A DNA stretch of 57,422 nucleotides, counting the filler, from Sphacelaria rigidula (Eukaryota): NCBI GenBank assembly GCA_964200075.2. It is 7 parts of 7 records of this genome, joined end to end, with 100 filler letters (N's around TTAATTAATTAA, not from the genome) between each part and the next. Parts side by side here need not be neighbours in the genome. Positions count along the whole stretch, not along the records: positions 32,872 to 40,988 come from CAXNAA020012237.1; positions 41,089 to 49,205 come from CAXNAA020012238.1; 5 more parts are not named here. The stretch is one strand, 5' to 3'. Positions 35,749 through 48,000 of this stretch are shown here, piece after piece; position 1 is the stretch's first letter; every line of letters begins with the position of its first letter. The position numbers were made by a program, and so were the translations under genes. The notes beneath the pieces are model-generated. The model had not been told where the DNA came from, made no database searches, and worked only from the letters and a program-made list of their open reading frames with translations.

Positions 35749-38700
35749 TTACCCCGTAGCACCTAGTTCTGGTAGGTGGATGGCGGAATCCAGTCCCCGA
35801 GGGGGGGTGTCTAACTCCAGCCCAGTATCCGTACCGCTAGCTCCCCCGCCTCGACTACCGGACAAGACATGACGCCACGACAGGCCTTTCGATGCAGCCC
35901 GAGAGAATCGCGGCAGAAGCGACTTGTCCACGTCCTGAGAAGAAATACAATCGAAGGGGGGGATGGCGGGATGTGGTGTGATGGGTAGTTGTTGAGTAGA
36001 TGGGTGAGTACACGGTGCGAGAGCGGGGCGTGGGAAACGGGAACTGACGCACCAACATGGGTTAAAGTATAGAAAGCGCCACAACGACCGCTCCCGCAAA
36101 TTATTTCGTGTTTAGCGTAACCTAATGCTGTCTCGTCATTTGGGTGCAGGATGACAGCATGGGGGAAATCTTGGACAGTTTTCCTCAGCACAGAGGGACA
36201 CCCGGGTGGTGCCAACTTACAGGCACCTGCGCAAAGGTATTTCGCGTGACACTGCCCGACATGATTTTGGCCGGTCATCTGCAAAACGACGGAAGTCATC
36301 TGAACACTCCACCTTTGGTCATATCTTTTTCTTCAACTGGGAGAAGGTTTCACCTACTTGTAAGCCAAAACTCTTCCGGACAATCACGCCCGCGGGTGTG
36401 GCGTGTCAAGATGTCACAACAACCACTGAGCTACTCAGTCAGCACTAAATCAGTATCGTGACATCTCCACAAAAGTTCGTCCTGGTGTCCGTCCAAGCTA
36501 TCACCATAAATCGAACTCCCTGTTTCATCCCAGGGTTCGTCATTTCCTGTAACCAAGGCTGCAACCATGTAGGATTTATTGTGCTCATTCTTGCCTGACG
36601 CATTTGCACGCCTGGCGCATCTACACCGGCTCACCGCGGTGTGCTCTTCTATATTGCTTTGTCGTGAAAAAAAAATGGACAAGAACGATTATGGGGGGAA
36701 TCCAATCCAGAGACTAGCTTTTGTTAAGATGCAACAACATGCTCGCCCACGTCATTCGTTCTGTCACTACGACTATTCTGTCATGTGCACGCAGGAAAAG
36801 GAAACGCGGAAGATTCCCCGTGGTTCTCGACGAGCACTGCTGTCGAAAAGTTAGCGTGTCCCAGCGTTGAGGTTACCTTCACTGTACTAATTTCAAGTGA
36901 ATATGTGACGCGGAAAAAGACAGCAACAACCTTCTCTGGCATGAACCACCCATTCATGAGGGAGACTCTATGGCTTACTATCTAGCAACTGTATTGCACG
37001 ATGAACAAAACAGGACATGCACCACGGCTTCCAAGGTGACGCTGGCGCGGAATCTCATGGGCCACGTCCCCCGCGCTGTCTTATGCTAGTACGAAGTCCC
37101 AGTCGTGTCTCAGAAGCGCAAATGTCAGTTGTTAATGTGATAAAATTTGTGACTAGAGTGTTGGCACGCAGGACCGAGTGTAGAACGCGACAGAGATTAC
37201 AATTTTTATGAGTGCTATACTTATGACCTCCAAAAACGTGTGTGGAGACGGGGAGGGGAATATTGTAAGCGAATCGCGTATGTCAGAGCACACTACCCTA
37301 AGCTAGAACCTTCTGCCGCCTCAGTCGTCCCGACGAGGGTTGCTCCGACGTCATGGTGTTTGTTGACCTTTCATTTCATTTTCTTATTTTTACGTCTCAG
37401 TCTACCATGTCGTTATGTTCGACTTTTTATGTTCCTTCTTTTTCTTCAGCGAGTGTTTTCAATTTTGTTTTCTTGGGTACGTCTATCATGCGACAACGGC
37501 TGGATCCCTGGGGGGTCAGTTAAAGTGCGACAATCAATCAATCAAATCAATCAAACCAATCATGCTACTCCGTCTGATTTACACCAAACAACGCGCGCAA
37601 CTGAAAGCAAACTTGTGTTGCGTGTAACATATCCCCTGTGCGATGACGGCCTCACGAACTCAAGGTATAGCAAGCTGGCGACCTGCAGCCATTCTGTTCG
37701 GCTACTTTGAATCGTCGAAAGTGACCCGTCGGAATGCTCTGTGACATCTTTATTTCGCGAAATGTAACACGGGTTGACCATCACGAGAGTGATGTCGGAC
37801 TGTAATTTAGGTGCTCGCGGGTATTCGTGAAGGAGAACGACTGGACGCGAATCAGCCACACGTCAAGACAGGGAACATGTCATCGCACGTCGGTGTATCC
37901 GCCCATGTCGTCTTTAACGGCACGATCTGTGACATCTTTATTTCGCGAAATGTAACACGGGTTGATCATCACGAGAGTGATGTCGGACTGTAATTTAGGT
38001 GCTCGCGGGTATTCGTGAAGGAGAACGACTGGACGCGAATCAGCAACACGTCAAGACAGGGAACATGCCATCGCACGTCGGTGTATCCGTCCATGTCGTC
38101 TTTAACGGCACGATCGTCTTGAGAGGAGGGCACGACTCTCTGGACAAAATACAAGAGGACGTCAAGGGCATGAACCCCTCGTGCGCGAAGCAGCAAACAT
38201 TTTGATCGCACGAAGTACCGTCGCTCAACACATACACGAATACAAAGCATCCCCCTCCTCCCCCTTCCTACTGACTGCTCGCTCCACCCATAACTTACCA
38301 AATGAGAGCAAACCGCTCTCAGATTGGCCACCATCCTCAGAACGGGAACCATCGCCTGGGGAAGCCTTCTGACCGCCATGCCCCTCATCAGCTCCATGCA
38401 ACCCTCACCCAGTAAGTCCAACGCGTCGTCACGCTGAGTATCAAACAGTCCGCGAAGGATCAAGACATGAGTAAGAGGAGCCCTGGCCACCATGAGCATT
38501 GGTGACGGCCGAGGCGGCGGCGGCGGCGGCGGCGCCGATGACTCCTGCCCCTCATCACCGCTCACGCTCGCCTCAGCCTGACCCTCGTCTTCGCCCAACT
38601 CCTCCTCGATATCCTCCCCCTGCGGCACTGCTGCCTCTTTTTCACTCTCGCCGTCTCCATCTGCCGGCTCCGGATCTTCGTCCCCTTCTGCCGGCGAACC

Positions 38701-40873
38701 GGCCGCCGCCTCTTTTGCGTTTTCTGCGTCGATGCCTAGAGACGAATCAAGAGCCACTTCCCCGACGGCAGCCACGGCATCAACTGCCTCCGTCTGGGTC
38801 CAGCGTGTGCTCGATGATGACGGTGGTGGAGTCGACGAGTCACCGCCCCCGCGGAGTTGTTCGGCGTGGTAAGTGGAAGTTCGCTCGATACCGCCGGCGG
38901 GTGGCAAGTCGATCACGAGGCCGACCCCTTCCATCGCAGCTCTGGCCTTGCTCTCGGCCGCCGGCGACGGGTTTGCGGCGTCCTCATTCTTGAGCTCGAC
39001 CATCGTGCGATACAGGCGGCAAAGCGCTCGCCGCTGCTCTTCTGTCAGCGTGCATACGGCCGACAGGTCAGTCAGGCCCACCTGCAACGGAAGACGCCGA
39101 GAAGAGAGGACGGCAGCGCGTGGCGGTACGATACCGTATGGTGCACAGGCATCCGGTTGTTCTATGTTTGAGGAAGTCGAATGTTTGAGCAACAGGAAGA
39201 GTTGCAGCACAAGGATTCCGTGATCAAGACTTGTGTGCAAGCGAAGCACGTGAGCGATATCGTCATGAATCGTTGGAGAGGACGCGGGGTTCAGTATGAC
39301 GACGAGCTATATCAGCAGCAGTTCTAGTGGGTACGGTGACGCTAACGCACAGGCCTACGACATGGGTCAAGTGATGCAGGGTGTACCGGTGATGGGGCGA
39401 TTCGCGAGTCCTGCGCCCGTCTACAGAAAAGCATTGCATTAAAGATACAAACGGCTACCTCGGTTGAATCATCACGCCCTTCGGCTGTTCGCTCCTCTCG
39501 TTGCTTTCCTAAAAGCACTACTGTACTACCCAATTTCGACAGCACATTCGTGTTCAGTGTATGCCTCGTTGCCTATTAAATATGAAGCACTTAGCGACAC
39601 ATGAAACAAACTAGATTCCTTGATACAACCATCCCCGTGAGTTCCACCCGTCACGCACCTGGCCGCCATACATATACAATAGGTTGTCTGGCATGGGGTT
39701 GGACGGAAAGCACCCATCCGCGAGACACATCTGCCCGAACACGGTGAACAATCTGTCCACGAATCGGCTCCTCTCCTTCTCCCCACGAGCTGCCGCGTGG
39801 TCCATCACCCTGGCATCCGAGACATCTACCCCGCGTAGGGCCGTTGTTACGAGCAGTCCCCGTCGCGCGAGCTTGCCGAGCTCTGGGCAAGACACCACTT
39901 GCGGCACCACCACCAAAGAACCGAGCATTCCCGCCCGCGCGAGGTTATAGCGGATCTTCTCGATGTTATCGGCCTCGATGCGTAGATCACCCGCTTTGTC
40001 GACCGCTGCCGCAACCTCCGCCACGACGCCCGACAGATCTAGATCGAGTTTGGATCGATAGGCCATGCGCCGCAGCATTCGTCGGGCGGCAGCGACATCG
40101 TCGGCGGCGAGGTCGAGCTGCCGAGGTACGTTTATCTTAATTACAACCGGCTGAAGGGTCGGCTTCGGCGGCGAATGCGCATCCGCGATACTCTGCGCCT
40201 TATCCGTTCCGTCAGCATTACCCACGTTCTCAGGGTTAAGCTTCGCCCACCTCGTCCACCCCGGTAAGTCAGCACTCCTTGGTGCCGCAGAGGTAGAGCT
40301 GCCGCCACTGTTGCCCGTTAGATACGAACTTGACCACGCGGCAAACTCGTCGGCGTCGCCGAATGGTAGCTCGGCGAGCGCGTGGTAGAACCTGGTGAGA
40401 ACGGATCCCGTGGATGCGACAGCGGTCACGTTGTGGAGGCGAATCAATGGGCCTTCCATACTTATCATGGGTGTATCCCACGCCATCAAAGCCTCCGGGG
40501 ACTGGCTCGTTGGCAATATAGGGCTTGTGTCGCCACCCTCCATCTCTTTCTCCACTTCTTCCAGCAGTTCTCCTGCACTATCGTCCTCTTCCTCCCCGCT
40601 GCTTTGTCCCTTTCGAATGCGCCTACTAGATTTGCTCTTCCTTTTTCTTCCTTTCTGCCTCTCACGTCTCACGTTTCGATTCTTCGTTCGTTTCGCCGTA
40701 GCCGACAGCAATCCTCCCCCGACCCGCATCGTGCCGACGATGATCTTATGGGGTATCCGCCAGCCGAGAAGACCGACCCCAGTACGTTGACCGTCCCCGC
40801 GACGTACACGCCGAGCGCGGGCGCCGAACTCCCGCTTCAGCCTCCGGTCTAGTCGTCGAAATTTTCCCCAGCC
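35749..40873 (-). CDS. ABC1/UbiB (ADCK)-family atypical kinase-like protein, 5'-partial; exons 40873-39659, 39081-38299, 35934-35749
   Basis: Three in-frame phase-0 exons (1215, 783 and 186 nt) with AG/GT ends and a terminal TAA. Motifs VVIKINVP, DLRIEADNIEKI, VVVPQV, LLVT, FGQMCLADGCFPSNPMPDNLL and VGLTDLS follow the ABC1 order (VAVK, ELDF..EA.N, V.VP.V, G.FHADPHPGN, LLDFG). Confidence 0.78.
37476..37560 (+). repeat. Dispersed terminal repeat ending in (AATC)n
   Basis: GTCTATCATG.GAC.ACG.CTGGA.CCCTGGGGGGTCAGTT.AAG.GCGACA(ATCA)n; reverse-complement copies at ~57254-57330 and, more diverged, ~20960-21032 at the end of the YR element. Confidence 0.75.
37738..38115. repeat. Recent intronic tandem duplication, 188-bp unit, two near-identical copies
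   Basis: TCTGTGACATCTTTATTTCGCGAAATG…GTCGTCTTTAACGGCACGAT occurs twice with only a few substitutions. Confidence 0.95.
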
Positions 40874-41471
40874 CTGCCAAACAAACGGTACGAGGTATAT
40901 GAAGGCCAAGGAACCTCCCCCCCCCCCCCCCCATGGGGGGGGGGGTTCCCCGGAAGGTTTAAATGGGGGGGCCCCCACGGGAAGGGGTNNNNNNNNNNNN
41001 NNNNNNNNNNNNNNNNNNNNNNNNNNNNNNNNTTAATTAATTAANNNNNNNNNNNNNNNNNNNNNNNNNNNNNNNNNNNNNNNNNNNNAGATGGGTTGAT
41101 CCCTTGACACCACGGACTCATCCCGAGGAAGGGGAGGGGTTCAAAGTGTGATGGGAAAAAATATGTATCAGAGGAGCACGGACAGAGCCCGTACATGTGT
41201 TTTGCCAAGGCCCTTTTTTGGCTAAAAAGTGGGTGGGTCGACCCATGTTTGTCTCTAACACTTCAATATATTGGCGGTTCCTGCTTTGTCGTGCGTATGG
41301 GTCCGTATTCACGGCTTTCATATTCCTCTTTTCATTTTTGACGTACATCTCGAACAACGTTCACATTATTCTGATTCGCTGGATTTAATTCGAAGAAATG
41401 AGCATATAAGCCATCTGTCTTGACCGACAAGTGAAACAAAGTTGGCGCTAATACATGTACCCCAAAACCAG

Positions 41472-42779
41472 GAGGAATGCCGATCATCTACGCGAAAAGA
41501 CCTGTCTCTGGAAGTTGCATGCCTCTGCAACCTTGCCTTGGCAAATATAAAGCTGGAGCGTTTCGGTGAAGTCGAAGAAGCGTGCTGTAGGGCTCTTTAC
41601 CTGTCCCCCTCTTGCTCGAAGGCACGCTTCCGCCGTGGACAAGCCCGGCTTGCCTCTGGAAAACTCGTCGATGCCGCGGCAGACTTCCAGGAGGCAGCGA
41701 AGCTGGAGCCCGGTAACACTGAGATTTGCAGGATGCTCCTGCTCTGTAAGGAGAGAAAAGGACTTCAGAAAGATAAATACGGTGAAGATACCCATTTCAG
41801 TGGTTCGGAGAAGGGGGGTTTTGTTGGTGTAGTGGGGAAAGAGGACCGAGACAATGAGAGCACGTGCAGTGTAGAATGTAACGATGGTCACAATAATGAT
41901 GCCGCCGGATGCACCGAGGATGATGGTCCCCGGGATATCGCAGCCTGCGACAAAGTGAGACTAGCCGATGAGAAGACATCTGAATCTTCCTCTCAGTCCC
42001 GTTGCGAGAATATCGACCGCTTTGGCGCTAATTCCGATGAGAGCAACGATGCTAAACCAGATGCGTGTTCAACAAGGAACAATAGTGTCATCGGGGCATG
42101 CGAGCGACACCGAGAGGCAAGGACAACCGATCGTGTTGAACAGGACGAGAGTTTCACCTCCAGCACCAGGACATCAGGCTTTTTGGTGTCTGGTTGGTTG
42201 AGCTCAGAAGCACGAGCAGAGGCAGAGATGCTCCTGAAAAAGCAAGAGTCGGGCCCCGTTTCATTTTGCAAGGACGAGCGCCTAAAGCCCGGCAATATTA
42301 CCCACGGGTACGAGAAAAGTGTCGTCACTGACGGCGGCAGTTCGGGAGTATCTGACGGCAGTACGAGCGTGTCGTACCTCGTATCCGGTCTTAGAACAAG
42401 CGAAATCAAAAGCCGAGCTGAACGTTCGAAAACACGTACACAGTCGGACTGGTCGTCGCTAGACGACGAGGAGAATCACAACCTGAAGGAGCTTCGACAG
42501 CGACTGGGGCAGTCGTCCGTGGCGTTGCACGCAGAGCTTGAACTCGGAACCCCGCATCGTAAACCAACTGGAGCCGAGAAGAAAAAAAAAAGCAGTAGCA
42601 AATGCTTGAGCCAAGGGCAGGGGGCCTCGAAGTTGGAAGGACCAGACAAGCGACGTGTGCAGGAATCTGAGTGGGCGTCCTTGGTGGCAGAGGAGAAGCA
42701 GGTTCGCGAAGCATTCCGATGCAAGCTGGCAGGCTTTGGTCACAAGGAAAAGGGCAAGAAGAGAACGACGAAAAAATAA
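41472..42779 (+). CDS. Last exon of a TPR co-chaperone-type protein (FKBP/Cyp40-like TPR followed by a low-complexity tail)
   Basis: Long open frame: VACLCNLALANIKLERFGEVEEACCRALYLSPSCSKARFRRGQARLASGKLVDAAADFQEAAKLEPGN. Probable acceptor …CTAAT…ACCAG|GAG at 41471/41472; Lys-rich C-terminus; TAA at 42779. Confidence 0.82.
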   Translation, partial: EECRSSTRKDLSLEVACLCNLALANIKLERFGEVEEACCRALYLSPSCSKARFRRGQARLASGKLVDAAADFQEAAKLEPGNTEICRMLLLCKERKGLQKDKYGEDTHFSGSEKGGFVGVVGKEDRDNESTCSVECNDGHNNDAAGCTEDDGPRDIAACDKVRLADEKTSESSSQSRCENIDRFGANSDESNDAKPDACSTRNNSVIGACERHREARTTDRVEQDESFTSSTRTSGFLVSGWLSSEARAEAEMLLKKQESGPVSFCKDERLKPGNITHGYEKSVVTDGGSSGVSDGSTSVSYLVSGLRTSEIKSRAERSKTRTQSDWSSLDDEENHNLKELRQRLGQSSVALHAELELGTPHRKPTGAEKKKKSSSKCLSQGQGASKLEGPDKRRVQESEWASLVAEEKQVREAFRCKLAGFGHKEKGKKRTTKK

Positions 42780-43242
42780 GCTTCTCGCAAGTCGCCGGTA
42801 GACGTTTTTCGTGACAATATCGTGTCGGACAGTGAAAAAGCGATGTGTGGAGCGGACACCATGATCGCATGAAACATCAAGATGCATGGAATCGCCTTGG
42901 AATATGTTGTCAGTACTTTGGTGACTACTGAGAGGCGAATATTGCATCAGACACTACACGTTGTGCGCTGCACTCCTGTCTCGATGCGTTGTTTTGGCAT
43001 GAGTTGAAAAAAACTAGGATTTGAATTGATTGGTCTGGTTGCGAGCAAGGAGAAATCTCAATCAAACGTGGATGAAAACAGCAGACCTGCCTCGCGCTGG
43101 AATTAATTGATGTCCCTAGTCACAGCAAAAATACCAAAATTATGGGCATCTGGTAGAGAGTCCTGTTGTTGGTGGTGCCTTCTGTCGGATCTGGATTTCT
43201 CTCCCCACATGCATCGTCCGCGTTTCTCGTCAAAACCATCCG

Positions 43243-45057
43243 TTAATATTTATGATAGTGAATCCGTTTTCTGCTCAAGACGTCCGTTGGCAATCGGTTC
43301 GTCACCATACTCTCGAACTGCCGATATCCAATCTGTGAAACACGAGTAAAACGCCAACAAACAAACACGAGGTGGGGCGACCGATGCGTGCAACATGAGT
43401 CCGGGATTACCGTCAAGGCATACCAACACGTTTCGCACATACCAGGTATGTACAAGCGATAACTCGAAGCTGCCCAGGGATATGTGTGAACCACGTGCCT
43501 AAATATTGGCGCTCGTGGGGTCCTGTTGTCAAATGAGCGCGTAAAACCTCATTTCCAGCAGTTCTTATGTGATGTTGACGGATCTGCTTTTCACCCGTGT
43601 CACAAGTAACGAGTGTGCACTCCGTTCCTACTGGACTTCCTAGGACAGAACTCCGATGAGTACCATTGAGTAAAGAAGCAAGGTTTCGTCTCACCCTTCC
43701 ACTGCCATCCCAATTTGCTTCCGCGAACATTTCTGCAATTTTCGCCGGCGGCATGTCCGCCTCGCTGATCACCTCTGAGATCACCTGAAGACAGCCATCG
43801 CGTCAAAAAATAACGAAAGCAGCAGGAATAGAAGACGATACCTGGTCGATTGTGTAGTACTGTAAGATATAAAGTTCATGACGCAACGACGCTAGGAACT
43901 TAGAGAGATGATCTCGCGACTTTCGCGGGCGGGTTCTGACTGATTGTCGTAATTCTGCGAATTTTCAATTATTGACCATACGCAAGTCTTGAGAACTTGC
44001 CTGTCGCATGTCGTCTCTCGTGATGAAGCCTCGACATCCCCTATCGAATGCTCTAAACATCTGCCGCACTTCTTCCGTAGAGTCGACGAGAGCAAGGCGG
44101 TGAGCCATGACATTCAAAAACACGTCTCTGGATATGCCTGCTCCGAGCAGAACAACGCATAGCGTCTCAAAAGAGAACAAGGGTTGGCATAAACAACGGA
44201 CATCAAGCCAATGTTTAACCATGAGCCTACTCCTGCTGTAACATGGTCAACACTCAACAATCGACGACCAAAGGACGGGTAATACCAATTAATCGAACAA
44301 AATATGTGTTTCTTAACCACGTTGACATGTTGTGAAATACGTGAACGCGCCACATGTTCTCGGCCAACGGTCCACCCGACCAATATCATGTTCCTCTTCC
44401 TCCTAGAATAAACGTACGTCGTAGCAACCGAACCCCCGTGACTCGTCACCTGGACATTCTGGCTCCTGTGCTGTTGCTGAAGCCAGCATTTGTTGAACTT
44501 CGTACTGCGGCGAGACAATTTGTACATACGATAATGGGGAAAGGTAGTGAGATAACGAACAGATGGAAAAACGATGATTGGTTAAACGATGATTGGTTAT
44601 GATGAAAGAAAGTACAGTGCAGCACCGAGCTAGGGACGAGGAGGGTCATGAGCGAAAAATGGGGGATCGCTAGCAATCAGTCAACGTGCTACCCCCAAGA
44701 ATAGTCTCGAGAGTCAATAGTTCAGAGAGTCAATTCCAGACATGTTGCAGACCATACTTGAGAAATAAGATTTAGCCACCATCTGATGCTGCAGCAACAG
44801 AAGAGCCAGGTGACCTGCAAGCATTGCTCACATCGGTTTTTGTACAGAGACTATCACATTGCGTATCGTGCATGTATTCGGTGCGATGGTACCTGTACCT
44901 TTATCCACTTTTACTGTGTTGCACAAAAACTAGGTCGCCGTTGACAGCATAATTTCCACAGCGCATTTCGACAAGCTTTTCACGGCGCCCACCTTGGACG
45001 GACGAAACCCCAGTAACGCAGTGACGGCGACCTTCAGGTCGTCCTTGTCAAGATAAC
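43243..45057 (-). CDS. EFCAB11: EF-hand calcium-binding protein, EFCAB11-like; exons 45057-44993, 44504-44450, 44137-44001, 43784-43695, 43332-43243 (5' exons unresolved)
   Basis: Phase-consistent splicing gives GYLDKDDLKVAVTALLGFRPSK-YEVQQMLASATAQEPECP-GISRDVFLNVMAHRLALVDSTEEVRQMFRAFDRGCRGFITRDDMRQ-VISEVISEADMPPAKIAEMFAEANWDGSGR-IGYRQFESMV…*. This matches my recollection of the EFCAB11 pattern (GYL…D.K.AV..L.G.KPSK; EVR..F.AFD…RGF.T). Confidence 0.8.
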
Positions 45058-48000
45058 CTGAATCGATAAAAATGGGCAATGCATAAATCATGTATTTGGT
45101 TACATCTGGCGACGTTGTTTTTGTCTGCACGTGTGGCACAAGCATCCTGCGTTGCACACAACTCTCAAGAACAGGGAGTTCTATGGTTATCCTGGCCGAG
45201 GCTGAGCACAGCAGGCAGCAACTTAACGGAGATTAACTTCAGATCTCGCGCATTTGAAGCATTCACACCACCGTATTGCGTTGTTGTAGACGCCATTGCA
45301 ACTGTATCGTACTGCTTGTACTCTTTCACCAGATTGAGGAGAACGTCTGACAGGTCCAATCAGAAGGCGAACTTCTTCGCCCTGTAAAGTATTTCCGGAT
45401 AAGCAGTGAATACCCAAAAGTCCGTACCTTTCCCACGAGCGTAGTTGGCTTGAATTGCTTCCTGTTGCAGTTCGAAAGTGAAGGCGATATTTTCGTGCTA
45501 TGCAGACTTCATTGTACTGTGTTCGACTCGAATGACCTTGCCAGTATCTTGTCATGCAAAACCTTTCGGAAATCACCATGACCTTCCATCCCGACAAATT
45601 TAACGGGATCTTTGGACAATTCAGGCTCACACTGCACTTTTGTGTTACAGTGTACGAAAACAATACACTATGGATATAGCTGTACCACTGTAAGTGATTG
45701 CAACATATAACACAATTTAAATATTGTAAAATTAAAAGGGCAGTATTTGCATGAATACATGAATGCTACTGCACACGAAATTCTCCACCACAAGCTACCG
45801 GCAGAACGTTTGATGATAATTATTATTATTTTCGCACATTAGTTCTCGAACCCGTTCTACACAGGTAACTTCAATACATGAAAACGCGGGCAATAGGTTG
45901 GAACATACTCAGAAGTTAGCCCTTTGACCGCAATTTCCACCCAAATCACTCAAGATAATTCATGGTCAGTTGGCCGTGGAGGTGCTGTTATTCAAGGGAC
46001 AGTGGACACCCTTTTATACAAGCACGTGGATTTTGAGCGTTTGTACGAAACTTAGTGCAGAAGAACCCCTGATCATTTCTTCTGTACAAGTCACGCATGT
46101 GTACGTTTTGTGGGGTTGGGCAGGTGGTTCATACTGCCATGCGCAAGTAAGCGATGCTCGCTGGCGACCACTGCTGCTGTGATGTGCGCAAACAAGGTAC
46201 TCTCGGCCTTGCTTTAGCCGTGTTGGTACTTCCAAGACGTCGCTGGCGCACTCTCTGCATGGTACATCGTCTCAACAGTACGTACTATATGGCACCGTGC
46301 CGGTGTTGTACCGTGCAGGCAGACTCACTTCATTAGCGGCCAAACACAGGGGAAAAGTACAGTAACGTATAGTACCCTTACTCTCTACTGTACACAGCAC
46401 AGTGTTTGCTGCGTTTTATCTCTGCACATTGCACGCTGCGTTTATCTCTGCGCACTGTTCCACAACAATAATGAGCATTAATCGCTCGCTATTCAACCCA
46501 ATAGGGGACAGGCAGGTCGCGAAAATTGCGCAGAGAGCAAAAAGCACCAGCCTTTTTTTGTGTGCTTCGATGACTGAGTGGTCGTTGCTCGAATGGCAAA
46601 ATTCAGCTTCACCTCCAGGCGGCGATATTGGCGGTGCTTCGCCCCATCAAGTCCCCTAAAATACCACCACCTTCAAAACACAAGACACCTCGGAGTAAAC
46701 GAACTCGATCAAGCACGCGATCAAACAATATACGGGAATCTATGGGTTGCGGGTCTCTGAAACTACGTCGTCAACGAAACACGACTCAATTCCCCCCGAG
46801 TACCGTGGGAAAACTGACAGTGGATGTCTGTGACCACAAGATATTAGTATTTGTACAAACCCGAAAGCCATTCTCCATTATGTCCTTCCGAGACGCGATC
46901 GTCCATGAGTCACGCTGTACGAAACCCAGCACGACGTCTTTGCACATGCGAGTAGCATCTGCTGACAGCCGAGGTTTGAGACAAAAAGTTGTGCTTATGA
47001 CCTCAGTAAATAGTGCGATATTTGCTATTAGTGCTTTCAATTTCATCTCCGACTATGATTTCACGGCAAGATTGTATCACAGCGGTCCTGGAAGGCATTG
47101 ACAATATGTCATAGCTACACAGCGCCAGTTGATTCACCTCAGTTCGCTCCATGCCGATAGGAATATCATCGACTTTGTGACACATTCTGGAGCATAGAAG
47201 ATAAAGTCGGACCGATGACTGAAAGCAAAAAACGAGCGCGACGGTTTCGCCGCACATGGCTCTTGCTGGTGAATCAAAACTCTATGGGCCTCTTACTACA
47301 CTTATGGTGTGAAGTTTAGCTTCATGTTATACTTAAAGCAGGCCTTACGTAAGTTGTGTACTTATTCGGAGTTTCGGGTATGCCGATCAGCTTTTTCTTC
47401 GCTCTTGAAAGCCAGCACAACATCCTATAGTGTTGGATACGATCCTTACACTAGAGCTCAGTCGAGTACGCTTTTTTGTACGTCCATTTTTAAGGTTGTC
47501 CAATTTTTGTCGAGTTGTTGAATTCGCAGTATAAATGAAAATTCGTTTTACCTTTTGCAAGAGATTTCACGTTGTCTGTGGATTATGCGCATATCTTGCT
47601 TGTTCCAATAGACTACTTAGCGCAGGCGATTGATGTATCATCAATGAACGTGGCTGCCGACGAATAGTTCGTACCAAAGTCAAGACAAGCCAGGTATTCG
47701 AGCAGATTTTTCCGGCACGTCATCGGACTTCACCCAAGGTGTTTAGTTGGTGAGATTTAAAGAAACGCGCCGGTCTTTCTGCAATAAAACGCGTATGACT
47801 CCAAGTTTATGTGCGTTGCCTAGGGGACGCATGAAGCGATGCATTACGAGAGTAGCAGTCTATCGCAACACCATGGAGGTGGTCTCCGTGAAGGCAGTGG
47901 TCGTCAACACCAACGCACCGACAAACTTCGCCTTCTTTTTTCTCACGCTACCTCACTTTGCTACAAACATCGATCACACTTTTTCATTCCACGTATGTAT

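Noticed and set aside
40915-40988. Poly-C/poly-G ORF start (MGAPPFKPSGEPPPPWGGGG) and similar G-runs at 16300-16336
   Set aside because: Low-quality homopolymer sequence at contig ends; the real exon starts at the acceptor at 40873.
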